A stretch of 32,000 bases of DNA, from assembly GCA_045690015.1 (NCBI GenBank), contig CP145877.1, positions 300,001-332,000 on the forward strand, given 5' to 3'. The translations under genes were made by a program, and so were the position numbers. The notes beneath the pieces are model-generated. The model was not told where the DNA came from. It made no database searches and worked only from the letters and a program-made list of their open reading frames with translations. This stretch comes from Candidatus Saccharimonadota bacterium. GTDB taxonomy: Bacteria; Pseudomonadota; Gammaproteobacteria; Enterobacterales; Enterobacteriaceae. Each line of letters begins with the position of its first letter. Position 1 is the first letter of the stretch. Positions 1 to 9,076 of the stretch are shown one piece after another.

Positions 1-587
1 TTTTTACTAAGGCTATGAATAACAGTGATAGTACATCCAAGTAATAATAATTCCATAATCATTGGGCGACCCACAATGTTAGATGTTCCTATAATCACTG
101 CATGAAGTCCATAAGTAGTTATAAGATTATAATTTTTAAGTAAGGTAATTATACCATATGGAGTACAAGGTCGTAGTATTGGTGCTTGAAGACAAAGTCG
201 ACCTACATTATAAGGATGAAAACCATCCACATCTTTAGATGGTAGAATTTTTTCTAGTAATTTAATCTTATTAAATTTTGTAGGTAAAGGAAGTTGAAGT
301 AAAATCCCATCATAGGATGAATCATAGTTTAATTGCTCTATTAGAGCTATTAATTCCACTTCTGAAGTACTCATAGGTAAGTTATAATAGAAGGATGTAA
401 AACCCACTTTTTCACAAGCTCGACGTTTACTATTTACATAAATATTAGAAATTGGATTATTACCAATATTTATCATTGCTAATCCTGGAGGTCGTTTTCC
501 GGTTTTTAGTCTAAGATGTACTTTTGAATGTATGTCTTTTTGTATCTGTTGTGCAATAATTTTACCATTAATAAGATTTGCTACCAT
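1..587 (-). CDS. folD: Methylenetetrahydrofolate dehydrogenase/cyclohydrolase FolD, N-terminal ~195 codons (remainder lies beyond the window edge)
   Basis: Absent from the ORF track because it runs off the window. The reverse complement from ATG (587-585) reads [18 protein letters not shown]...[30 protein letters not shown]...[15 protein letters not shown]...LRPCTPYGI...[12 protein letters not shown]. This is collinear with the FolD motifs I recall from E. coli ([30 protein letters not shown]). Confidence 0.9.
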   Translation of the reverse strand, partial: MVANLINGKIIAQQIQKDIHSKVHLRLKTGKRPPGLAMINIGNNPISNIYVNSKRRACEKVGFTSFYYNLPMSTSEVELIALIEQLNYDSSYDGILLQLPLPTKFNKIKLLEKILPSKDVDGFHPYNVGRLCLQAPILRPCTPYGIITLLKNYNLITTYGLHAVIIGTSNIVGRPMIMELLLLGCTITVIHSLSK

Positions 588-594
588 GATAGTT

Positions 595-644
595 AATAAT
601 ATTGATATAATATAAGAACATTATATCAATAATATTGATATAAT
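595..644. repeat. Repeat cluster: perfect 17-nt direct repeat AATAATATTGATATAAT (595-611, 628-644), with a third, inverted copy of the core 11-mer ATTGATATAAT at 620-630
   Basis: Read directly from the sequence. ATTGATATAAT lies at 601-611 (+) and 634-644 (+), and its reverse complement ATTATATCAAT at 620-630. Each copy contains TGATATAAT, which is the extended -10 consensus TGnTATAAT. Confidence 0.9.
636..644 (+). promoter_or_regulatory. Candidate extended -10 promoter (TGATATAAT) for tRNA-Arg(UCU)
   Basis: The TATAAT ends 16 nt upstream of the mature tRNA 5' end (661). A TG dinucleotide sits one base upstream of the hexamer. A duplicate copy lies at 603-611. No experimental support, and TATAAT-like strings are common in AT-rich DNA. 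Confidence 0.4.
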
Positions 645-660
645 GTAAGTGGATTTAAAA

Positions 661-734
661 GCGCCTTTAGCTCAGTTGGATAGAGCACCGGTCTTCTAAG
701 CCGTTAGTCGCAGGTTCGAATCCTGCAAGGCGCG
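661..734 (+). tRNA. argU: tRNA-Arg (anticodon UCU), argU-like; CCA not encoded
   Basis: Cloverleaf read by hand. Acceptor GCGCCTT/AAGGCGC, D arm GCTC-AGTTGGATA-GAGC, anticodon loop CT-TCT-AA, T arm GCAGG-TTCGAAT-CCTGC. Closely resembles E. coli argU as recalled. The anticodon stem has a C27:T43 mismatch. Confidence 0.9.
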
Positions 735-765
735 TAATAAAATTACTATCTATATAATAGAAAAA

Positions 766-1641
766 ATGATGAATACCAGCTATTTAATTTTTCCTCATTT
801 TAATCCAGTTATTTTATCATTGGGTGCTATATCTGTTCATTGGTATGGATTTATGTATCTAATTGGTTTTTGCTTTGCAATTTGGTTAGGAATAAGACGA
901 GGTTTAAGATCAAAGGAATATAATAAAGAAGAGATTGAAAATTTATTGTATGTGGGTTTTTTGGCCATTATAATTGGAGGTCGTTTAGGTTATATATTAT
1001 TTTATAATAGGCATATTTTTACAGAAAATCCTCTCTATTTGTTCCAAATATGGAAAGGAGGTATGTCTTTTCATGGAGGTTTATTAGGAGCTATAATTTT
1101 TATTTTTTGGTTTTCACGTAGTACACAACGTCCTTTTTTTCAAATATCTGATTTTGTAGCACCTTTGATACCTTTTGGATTAGGAACTGGAAGATTAGGT
1201 AATTTTATCAATGATGAACTATGGGGTCGCGTAGCTATCGATCTTCCTTGGGCAATGATATTTCCAAATTCATACCAAAACGATATGGTTTTTTTAAGCC
1301 AACATCCAGAAGTGCAACCTATTATTGATCATTGGAAAAATTTACCTCGACACCCCTCACAATTATATGAACTTTTTTTTGAAGGAATAGTGCTATTCGT
1401 AATATTGAATACTTTTATTCGTAAACCCCGTCCTACAGGCAGTGTATCTGGTCTTTTTTTAATTACCTATGGTTGTTTTCGTTTTATAGTTGAATTCTTC
1501 CGACAACCCGACATCCAACTTGGTCTATTTAATAAAATCTTCAGTATGGGACAAATCTTATCACTTCCAATGATATTCATAGGCCTAATTATTATGATCA
1601 GGGTGTATTTTATAAAAACCAGCATAAGCATAGGAAACTAA
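766..1641 (+). CDS. lgt: Phosphatidylglycerol-prolipoprotein diacylglyceryl transferase
   Basis: The 291-aa ORF starts [35 protein letters not shown], collinear with E. coli Lgt ([34 protein letters not shown]). The lgt-thyA adjacency is as in E. coli. The start could be the second ATG (769). Confidence 0.95.
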   Translation: MMNTSYLIFPHFNPVILSLGAISVHWYGFMYLIGFCFAIWLGIRRGLRSKEYNKEEIENLLYVGFLAIIIGGRLGYILFYNRHIFTENPLYLFQIWKGGMSFHGGLLGAIIFIFWFSRSTQRPFFQISDFVAPLIPFGLGTGRLGNFINDELWGRVAIDLPWAMIFPNSYQNDMVFLSQHPEVQPIIDHWKNLPRHPSQLYELFFEGIVLFVILNTFIRKPRPTGSVSGLFLITYGCFRFIVEFFRQPDIQLGLFNKIFSMGQILSLPMIFIGLIIMIRVYFIKTSISIGN

Positions 1642-1645
1642 AATA

Positions 1646-2440
1646 ATGAAACAATATTTACAACTGATGGAAAAGGTCTTAACAGAAGGCATATTCAAAA
1701 ATGATCGTACTCAAACTGGTACTCTATCAATTTTTGGAGATCAAATCCGTTTTAATTTACAAGAAGGATTTCCATTAGTTACCACGAAGCTTTGTCATAT
1801 TCGTTCGATTATTTATGAATTATTATGGTTTCTGAAAGGTGATACCAATATAGCATGGTTAAATAAAAATAATGTGTCAATCTGGGATGAATGGGCGGAT
1901 AAAAATGGCAATTTAGGTCCTATTTACGGTAAACAATGGCGCAATTGGGAGACCGGGAAAGGAAAATCTATTGATCAAATTAGCCAACTCTTACAACAGA
2001 TTCAAAATGATCCTAATTCTCGACGTCTAATAGTATCATCTTGGAATGTAGGTGAACTAGATACTATGGCATTACCTCCTTGTCATGTTCTTTTTCAGTT
2101 CTCTGTTGCAAATAATCAACTTTGTTGTCAACTTTATCAGCGTTCTTGTGATATTTTTCTTGGGTTACCTTTTAATATTGCTAGTTACGCACTTTTAGTA
2201 CATTTAATGGCTCAACAATGTAATCTCAAAGCAGGAGAATTGATATGGACAGGAGGAGATATACATCTTTATTACAACCATATTGAACAAGCAAAGTTAC
2301 AACTTACTAGAAAACCTCTACCACTTCCGCAATTAATAATTAAACGCAAGCCATCATCTCTGTTTGACTATGGTTTTGCTGATTTTGAGTTAATTGGATA
2401 TTATCCATATCCACGTATTAATGCACCCATTTCCGTATAA
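1646..2440 (+). CDS. thyA: Thymidylate synthase
   Basis: 264 aa, the same length as E. coli ThyA. Near-identical motifs are present: [53 protein letters not shown]. Confidence 0.97.
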   Translation: MKQYLQLMEKVLTEGIFKNDRTQTGTLSIFGDQIRFNLQEGFPLVTTKLCHIRSIIYELLWFLKGDTNIAWLNKNNVSIWDEWADKNGNLGPIYGKQWRNWETGKGKSIDQISQLLQQIQNDPNSRRLIVSSWNVGELDTMALPPCHVLFQFSVANNQLCCQLYQRSCDIFLGLPFNIASYALLVHLMAQQCNLKAGELIWTGGDIHLYYNHIEQAKLQLTRKPLPLPQLIIKRKPSSLFDYGFADFELIGYYPYPRINAPISV

Positions 2441-2470
2441 TTTGAATTAAATAACATCTAAGCCTAAATT

Positions 2471-5400
2471 ATGTTTATAATCTATCATTCTAATCAGTTA
2501 GAAATTTTGAATTTTTTGATGTCCCATCATCTAAAAAACCACATTTTTAACGATCCCTTTTCTTCAGAAGAAATTATTGTACCAAGTACAAGTATCATAC
2601 CATGGTTAGAGAGGTCAATTACAGAACAGATTGGTGGTATCACAGCTAATATAAAATTTATTCTTCCTGAGACCTTTATATGGAATATGTTTGTTTGCAT
2701 GTTACCAGATATTCCATCAGAAAATCAGTTTAGCAAAGAAAAGATCAAATGGAAAATAATGGCAATAATCCCTAGGATGTTAAATCACCCAGAATTCCAT
2801 ATTTTTAAACAATACCTTTCAATCATTACTTCAGATAACCATCAGCTTTTCATCTTAGCGACTTATCTTTCAGAACTTTATTATCAATATTTAATTTATC
2901 GACCAGAATGGTTAATTCAATGGGAAAAAAAACCCTGTACAAAAATAGATAACCTAATAGAAAAATCACAAAGGTGGCAAGTATCTTTATGGCATGAAAT
3001 TATCAGTTTTACTAAAAGATTAGATCAATCTATATCTCATATAGCTAATATTTATCCTTGTTTTTTAAAAAAAATCCGTAATTTAAAAAACAATAGCAAT
3101 TGCTTTTACTTGCCAAGGCGAATTTTCATTTTTAATAATTTAAGATTACCACCCTTATATATTAGAATTTTAGAAGCACTTAGTAAGCATATAGATATTC
3201 ATTTTTTCTGTGTTAATCCTTGTCGGCATTATTGGGGTGATATCAATGTCAATGCAAATACCGAAGAAACCATAAGTAATCCGATTCTTAAATCATGGGG
3301 TAAGTTAGGACGAGATAATTTTTATTTATTATCTCAATTTGAACAAACACATGAAATAGATGCATTTGTTGACCTCAAACCGGACAACTTACTACATACT
3401 ATTCAACATGATATTCTAGAACTGGAAGATTACACTTCAATTGATTTTACAGAAAATTGGATTAAAAAAAAACGATTATTCAATGTTAATGATAATTCAA
3501 TTCAAATTCATATTTCATATAGTTTACAATGTGAATTAGAAGTTTTGCAACAACAGTTACATTCTTTAATTCTAAAAGATCCTTCATTAACACCTAATGA
3601 TATTATTGTAATGGTTCCTGATATTGATTTTTACGCTCCCTTTATTCAAGCAATATTTGGAAATACTAACTCGGAACTTTATTTACCTTTTCATATTTGT
3701 GATCGGAGTGTTAACCGAATATATCCATTAGTACGATCATTTATTAGCTTACTAAGGATTGTAGAGAAAAATTTATCTTTAGATGATATCTTTTCGCTAC
3801 TTGAAATTCCAGCATTAGCAATGAATTTTCAAATTAGTAAAGAAAATTTGGCTGATTTACATCAAATTTTATCTGAATCCGAAAAACGTATTAAAGCTGA
3901 TAATTCTAAAAATCAGATAGAATTATTTCTTGAATTTAATCAAAATAAATTAGGTACTAAATTAACCGAAGGAATAGCTGAAATCTATAGCAAATTATCT
4001 CAATGGCGTGAATTATTGTTACAACCACGTGTACTTGATGATTGGAAACCTATATGTAGTAAAATGATTAATGATTTTTTTTTAATACATAATGGTACTA
4101 ATCCAGAAGTAATAGCAGTATTAACATTTATTAAACATAAGTGGTATGCCATATTAGAAAATGCTATTTCTTGTTTTAATCAAGATGATGTACTTCCCGT
4201 ACACTTTTTATACGAAGAACTGCTCATGCAATTAAATCAAATGAAAGTAAATATATCTTTTATGAAAAATTCTATTAATTTTTGTTCTTTAACAAGCCTA
4301 CGTTTAGTGCCATTTAAAGTAGTATGTATATTAGGTATGAATGATGGTATATATCCACGCATATCATCATCAATAAGCTATAATTTAATTATACATAATC
4401 CAAAAATAGGAGATATTAATCAACGTGATGATGACCGTTACTTATTTCTTGAAACTTTATTATCAGCACGAGAAATATTTTATCTTAGCTATATTGGTAG
4501 TTCTATTCCCGGTAAGATAAAAAAATTCCCTTCATTATTTATAAATGAAATATTAAATTACATAGTACAAAGTTACTATTGGCCTAACGATAAGGGATTA
4601 GAGTTAGAAAATAGTACTAATAAAATTAGGAACCACTTGCAACATTTTCATTGTAAATCTACTGAATTAGAAAATTTAATTCTAAAAAATTATGATCATA
4701 ATCTGATTAGTGAGAATTTTAAGATTAATAATATGATTTTACCAAAACAAGTGATACATGAATTAAATGTTCAAAATTTTTTATATTTTTGGCAACATCC
4801 AGTGCGTGCTTTTTTTAATAAGCGTCTGGGAGTGAAATTTTCTTATCCAGAAAGAAGTACAATAAATAAACCTTTTATTTTAGATAAGCTTACTCATTAT
4901 CAAATTAAGGCAAAATTATTAACCACTTTAATTAAAGGTGATAACCCAAATGATTTATTTGCATTATATCGTGCAAAAGGGCTCCTTCCTGATGGGGTTT
5001 TTACAGAAATTATTTGGCAGAAAGAACAGGATGCTCTGGATAAATTAGCACAAACTATAAAAAAATATTACCGTACTAGTGAAACAAGTATGCCAATTGA
5101 CTTATCCATTGCTGGAATTCGATTAACCGGTTATTTGCCACATGTACAAGATAATGGATTGGTAAGATGGAGATGTACTCGTCTCAATTTTAGAGATGGC
5201 TTACTTTTATGGCTTGAACATCTGGTGTATTGTATGATGAATGGAACTGGTAACAGTAGAATGTTTGGTCAAAAAAACACCAAATGGTCTTTTTATGCTT
5301 TATCTCCTCAAGAAGCAGCAGATTATCTTATCAATTTTGTTGAGGGTTATCAAAGAGGTATGACTTCACCTCTCTTGTTATTACCAAAAACCGGAGGAGC

Positions 5401-5635
5401 GTGGTTAAAAGCCAGTTATGATAAAAAAAAATTACTTTTGTCTTATGATAAGAGAACACAATTCAAAGCACGTCAAAGATTGCTAATGACATGGATGTGT
5501 GATAAAAATGGAGAAAGTCATGATCCATATTTACAACGTATATTTCACACGATGGATGATTCTCATATAACAGAAGTTATTAAAAATGCAGAAAATTGGT
5601 TATTACCTATTATACGTTTTAATAAACCAAATTGA
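2471..5635 (+). CDS. recC: Exodeoxyribonuclease V gamma subunit RecC (1054 aa, somewhat shorter than E. coli RecC)
   Basis: Collinear with E. coli RecC at both ends (YHSN.L..L, NPCR.YWGDI, SWGKLGRD, DAFVD..PDNLLH.IQ.DILELE, RDDDRYLFLE, HPVRAFF, LWLEHLVYC, LLPL/I.RFN). It follows thyA as in E. coli, but with the ppd genes removed. Confidence 0.9.
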   Translation: MFIIYHSNQLEILNFLMSHHLKNHIFNDPFSSEEIIVPSTSIIPWLERSITEQIGGITANIKFILPETFIWNMFVCMLPDIPSENQFSKEKIKWKIMAIIPRMLNHPEFHIFKQYLSIITSDNHQLFILATYLSELYYQYLIYRPEWLIQWEKKPCTKIDNLIEKSQRWQVSLWHEIISFTKRLDQSISHIANIYPCFLKKIRNLKNNSNCFYLPRRIFIFNNLRLPPLYIRILEALSKHIDIHFFCVNPCRHYWGDINVNANTEETISNPILKSWGKLGRDNFYLLSQFEQTHEIDAFVDLKPDNLLHTIQHDILELEDYTSIDFTENWIKKKRLFNVNDNSIQIHISYSLQCELEVLQQQLHSLILKDPSLTPNDIIVMVPDIDFYAPFIQAIFGNTNSELYLPFHICDRSVNRIYPLVRSFISLLRIVEKNLSLDDIFSLLEIPALAMNFQISKENLADLHQILSESEKRIKADNSKNQIELFLEFNQNKLGTKLTEGIAEIYSKLSQWRELLLQPRVLDDWKPICSKMINDFFLIHNGTNPEVIAVLTFIKHKWYAILENAISCFNQDDVLPVHFLYEELLMQLNQMKVNISFMKNSINFCSLTSLRLVPFKVVCILGMNDGIYPRISSSISYNLIIHNPKIGDINQRDDDRYLFLETLLSAREIFYLSYIGSSIPGKIKKFPSLFINEILNYIVQSYYWPNDKGLELENSTNKIRNHLQHFHCKSTELENLILKNYDHNLISENFKINNMILPKQVIHELNVQNFLYFWQHPVRAFFNKRLGVKFSYPERSTINKPFILDKLTHYQIKAKLLTTLIKGDNPNDLFALYRAKGLLPDGVFTEIIWQKEQDALDKLAQTIKKYYRTSETSMPIDLSIAGIRLTGYLPHVQDNGLVRWRCTRLNFRDGLLLWLEHLVYCMMNGTGNSRMFGQKNTKWSFYALSPQEAADYLINFVEGYQRGMTSPLLLLPKTGGAWLKASYDKKKLLLSYDKRTQFKARQRLLMTWMCDKNGESHDPYLQRIFHTMDDSHITEVIKNAENWLLPIIRFNKPN

Positions 5636-5640
5636 TACTA

Positions 5641-6000
5641 TTAACTTTTAGGATGGAAGGAAAGACGTTCTTTTATCCGAGCACTTTTACCTGTGCGATT
5701 ACGTAAATAATATAATTTAGCCTTTCTTACTAAGCCACGGCGTTTCACTTGAATGCTCTCAATTATATGTGAATGAGTTTGAAATACTCGTTCAACTCCT
5801 TCTCCATTAGACCATTTGCGAACTGTGAAAGATGAATTTAATCCACGATTACGCACTGCAATAATTATACCCGAAAAGGTTTGTAACCTTTTTTTTAAAC
5901 CTTCAACAACCCAAATTTTTACTTCAACAGAATCCCCTGAACGAAAGTAAGGTAGATCTTTCCTAATTTGTTGCTGTTCTATTAATTTTAATATATTCAT
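5641..6000 (-). CDS. rplS: 50S ribosomal protein L19
   Basis: The 119-aa ORF contains [50 protein letters not shown], matching L19. It is the last gene of the conserved rpsP-rimM-trmD-rplS operon. Confidence 0.97.
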   Translation of the reverse strand: MNILKLIEQQQIRKDLPYFRSGDSVEVKIWVVEGLKKRLQTFSGIIIAVRNRGLNSSFTVRKWSNGEGVERVFQTHSHIIESIQVKRRGLVRKAKLYYLRNRTGKSARIKERLSFHPKS

Positions 6001-6005
6001 ATTGA

Positions 6006-6770
6006 TTAGTTTGAATTTTCATTAGGATTTCCAAAATCTTTCTGAAATTCCCTTAATAAATTGATTTGTTCTTGATTGAAAGTAAATCTCTTTAGAAGAT
6101 CAGGTCTTCTAAGCCATGTTCTTCCTAATGACTGTTTAAGTCTCCATCGCTTAATTTCATAATGATTTCCTGATAATAAAACTGCTGGAATAGATTGACC
6201 ATTTAATAGTTTTGGTCTAGTAAAATGAGGATATTCTAATAATCCTTTAAAAAAAGAATCTTCTTCTACAGATCGCATATTTTTTCCTACTGCACCTGGG
6301 ATAAATCTGGTAATTGCATCTATTAATGTCATTGCTGGTAATTCTCCTCCACTGACTATATAATCTCCCACTGACAATTCTTCATCAATTTCCATGTTAA
6401 TTATCCGTTCATCTATTCCTTCATATCGACCACATACTAATATAATTTTATTTAAATTTGCTAATTCATTAATCCCTTTTTGGTCAAGTTTTCGTCCTTG
6501 AGGAGATAAATAAATAACTTTTACTGAACAGCCAGCACTTTTTTTAGCTGCCTGAATAGCATCGCGTAAGGGTTGTACCATCATCAACATTCCGGAACCA
6601 CCACCATAAGGACGATCATCAACAGTTTTATGCTTATTTAGACTATAATCACGAGGATTCCAATATTGAATAGTAAGCAGACCTTTTTTCATGGCTCGGC
6701 TAGTTATACCATAATCAGTAATAGCCTTAAACATTTTTGGAAACAAACTAATAATGCCAAACCACATCAT
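6006..6770 (-). CDS. trmD: tRNA (guanine37-N1)-methyltransferase
   Basis: (M)[22 protein letters not shown]...[22 protein letters not shown]...[13 protein letters not shown]...[10 protein letters not shown]...[12 protein letters not shown] is collinear with E. coli TrmD. The start ATGATG overlaps the rimM stop codon (TGA at 6767-6769). Confidence 0.97.
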   Translation of the reverse strand: MMWFGIISLFPKMFKAITDYGITSRAMKKGLLTIQYWNPRDYSLNKHKTVDDRPYGGGSGMLMMVQPLRDAIQAAKKSAGCSVKVIYLSPQGRKLDQKGINELANLNKIILVCGRYEGIDERIINMEIDEELSVGDYIVSGGELPAMTLIDAITRFIPGAVGKNMRSVEEDSFFKGLLEYPHFTRPKLLNGQSIPAVLLSGNHYEIKRWRLKQSLGRTWLRRPDLLKRFTFNQEQINLLREFQKDFGNPNENSN

Positions 6771-7339
6771 TCATTATCATTATTATATGTGCTTTCTCTG
6801 GGTAATTGAAATATGCTGGTTTTCCAAGCTATTTGAATTATTCTCATTTTTAAATCTATTTTTTCAATAACTTTATTTTCAATAAAAGGAATTAATATTT
6901 CTTTTATTTTACATCTATTTAGTTTTACTACAATAATATCATTTGATAAAGTTGAAAATAAATGTACTACTTTTCCTAATCGATCTCCGTCTGAAGTTAT
7001 AACTACACAACCTATAATGTCTTTCCAATAATATTCTCCTTCACTTAAGGGGGGTAGTTTACTGGATTCAATTATGATATTATAGTTGTTTAATTCTTTC
7101 GCTTCTTCCCTATTATTAATACCTTTAAGTTTAATAATAAAATTATGATTTTTATTATACCATTTTTCTAATTGAATTTGTCTCGATTGATTGCTATTAG
7201 ATTTATTAATAAACCATGGTTGATAAAAAAAAATATTGCTTTTTTTTTGGGTGAAAGATATTAGTTTTATCCATCCTCTTACACCATACGCAGATCCCAT
7301 TTTTCCTAATATCAAAGGTTTTATAATTAAATCATTCAT
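6767..7339 (-). CDS. rimM: Ribosome maturation factor RimM
   Basis: Contains [14 protein letters not shown]...YQPWFI...[13 protein letters not shown]...[12 protein letters not shown], as in RimM. Operon position is conserved. Overlaps the rpsP stop by 8 nt. Confidence 0.93.
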   Translation of the reverse strand: MNDLIIKPLILGKMGSAYGVRGWIKLISFTQKKSNIFFYQPWFINKSNSNQSRQIQLEKWYNKNHNFIIKLKGINNREEAKELNNYNIIIESSKLPPLSEGEYYWKDIIGCVVITSDGDRLGKVVHLFSTLSNDIIVVKLNRCKIKEILIPFIENKVIEKIDLKMRIIQIAWKTSIFQLPRESTYNNDNE

Positions 7340-7586
7340 TTTTAGTGAATCTTTTCAGCAAGTAGTTGACCCTACATGAAATTTTAGCACCTTGAGTTAC
7401 CCAGTACTTGATACGGTCTAGATTCAAATTAAGTGAGTTATCTTTCATCATCACCATAGGCATAGGCTTAAAAAAACCTACCCTCTCAAGGAACCTTCCA
7501 TCACGTGGACTGCGATTATCAGCAACAACTATTTTATAAAAAGGTCTCTTTTTAGATCCATGACGTGCTAAACGAATAATTATCAT
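7332..7586 (-). CDS. rpsP: 30S ribosomal protein S16
   Basis: [38 protein letters not shown] matches the S16 N-terminus. It is the first gene of the conserved operon. Confidence 0.97.
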   Translation of the reverse strand: MIIIRLARHGSKKRPFYKIVVADNRSPRDGRFLERVGFFKPMPMVMMKDNSLNLNLDRIKYWVTQGAKISCRVNYLLKRFTKNE

Positions 7587-7720
7587 AGTGATTTTAAATT
7601 AATTTCAAATTTTTTATAATAGTGCATATTGAAGTATTTTTAAAGACTCAATTTGCAAAAAAATTCCGTTTTAATTTCAACTGAATTTAATTAAGGGCTA
7701 TGGCTTTCACTTACTTTATC

Positions 7721-9070
7721 TCATATCTTTATGAATTTACTCATCCATTTTGATATTCCCCATGGTTTGATTTGTTTCATTAATCTTTGCATATTTCCAA
7801 ATTGTTTTAATAAATTATTAACCTCTTGTACTTGCAAACCAGAACCTTTGGCTATGCGACGTTTTCGTGAACCTTTGATTATTTCTGGTCTTTTACGTTC
7901 CTCACGTGTCATAGAATTAATAATTGCTTCCATATGTATTAATGTTTGATTGCTAATATTATGATTAGATGAAATACTTTTAGGTGATAATCTTCCTATC
8001 ATAGTTGTTATTTCATTTACATCCATTTTTCGAATTTGTTTAATATGAACTAAAAAATCATTTAAGTCAAATGCGTTTCCTTGATTTAATTTTTGAACCA
8101 TTTTTTGACTTTGATAATGATCGATATTAGTTTCTATTTTTTCTATTATAGAGATAACATCACTCATTCCTAATATTCTGCAAGCCATACGTTCAGGATC
8201 AAATGGTTCTATTGCTTCAATCTTTTCTCCTAAACCAATAAATTTTATTGGTTTTCCAGTCATATGACGAATAGATAATGTAGCCCCACCTCGTGCATCT
8301 CCATCTAACTTAGTTAACATAATACCAGTTATAGATAGCATTTCGTTAAAGACTCGAGCTGAATTTATTGCATCTTGACCTGTCATAGCATCAACTACAA
8401 AAATAGTTTCTACGGGATTGGTAATTCTATGAATTTTTTTTATCTCATCCATCATTTTTATGTCTATATGTAGACGACCGGCAGTATCGACTAATAAAAC
8501 ATCATAAAAATTTAGCTGTGCTTGTTTAAGCGCCTTACTAACAATATCAACTGGATTTAAATTTTGATGGTTATCTATTAATGCTGATGGATAACAATCT
8601 ATGCCTATTTGATTAGCAAGTATTTGTAACTGAATTAATGCTGCTGGACGATAAATATCTGCAGATACTGTGAGAATTTTTTTTTTATATTGATCTCGTA
8701 ATAATTTTGCAATTTTTATAATACTAGTAGTTTTGCCAGTACCCTGTAATCCTACTAGTAAAATTACAGCTGGAGGAGAAGTTGAGAGATTAATTTGATT
8801 ATCTTTATTTCCCATTGCGGTTATTAGTTCTTGTTTAACGATTTTTATAAATTCTTGCCCGGGTGTAAGACTTTTACTTACAGCATGTCCCATTGCATGT
8901 TTTTTTACACTATTTATAAAATCCTTTACTATCGGAAGAGCTACATCTGCTTCTAATAGTGCTATACGAACTTCACGCAATGTATCATTAATATTATTTT
9001 CAGTTATCCGCCCATAACCTCTAATTTTTCGTAGAGTACTAGATAATCGATTAGTTAAATTTTCAAACAT
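7721..9070 (-). CDS. ffh: Signal recognition particle protein Ffh
   Basis: 449 aa. Contains MFENLT.RLS.TLR, the GTPase motifs GLQGTGKTT, DTAGR and TKLDGDARGG, and the M-domain motif EIIKGSRKRRIA.GSG.QVQ.VN.LLKQF. Confidence 0.97.
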   Translation of the reverse strand: MFENLTNRLSSTLRKIRGYGRITENNINDTLREVRIALLEADVALPIVKDFINSVKKHAMGHAVSKSLTPGQEFIKIVKQELITAMGNKDNQINLSTSPPAVILLVGLQGTGKTTSIIKIAKLLRDQYKKKILTVSADIYRPAALIQLQILANQIGIDCYPSALIDNHQNLNPVDIVSKALKQAQLNFYDVLLVDTAGRLHIDIKMMDEIKKIHRITNPVETIFVVDAMTGQDAINSARVFNEMLSITGIMLTKLDGDARGGATLSIRHMTGKPIKFIGLGEKIEAIEPFDPERMACRILGMSDVISIIEKIETNIDHYQSQKMVQKLNQGNAFDLNDFLVHIKQIRKMDVNEITTMIGRLSPKSISSNHNISNQTLIHMEAIINSMTREERKRPEIIKGSRKRRIAKGSGLQVQEVNNLLKQFGNMQRLMKQIKPWGISKWMSKFIKI

Positions 9071-9076
9071 AAAAAT

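Noticed and set aside
7587-7720. A promoter for the rpsP operon, or a terminator for ffh, in the 134-bp spacer (TTGCAA and several TATTAT/TATAAA strings on the minus strand).
   Set aside because: No -35/-10 pair has acceptable spacing (17 +/- 1) and there is no convincing hairpin. In ~25-30% GC intergenic DNA such hexamers occur by chance, so I make no call.
7731-7949. Remaining short track ORFs: 7731-7949, 9471-9746, 16772-16963, 21435-21659, 24755-24982, 25654-25878, 25863-26051 and 26837-27037.
   Set aside because: Each lies wholly inside, and antisense to, a confidently identified housekeeping gene (ffh, gshA, mutS, eno, prmC, prfA, ispE). None shows conserved motifs or translation signals.
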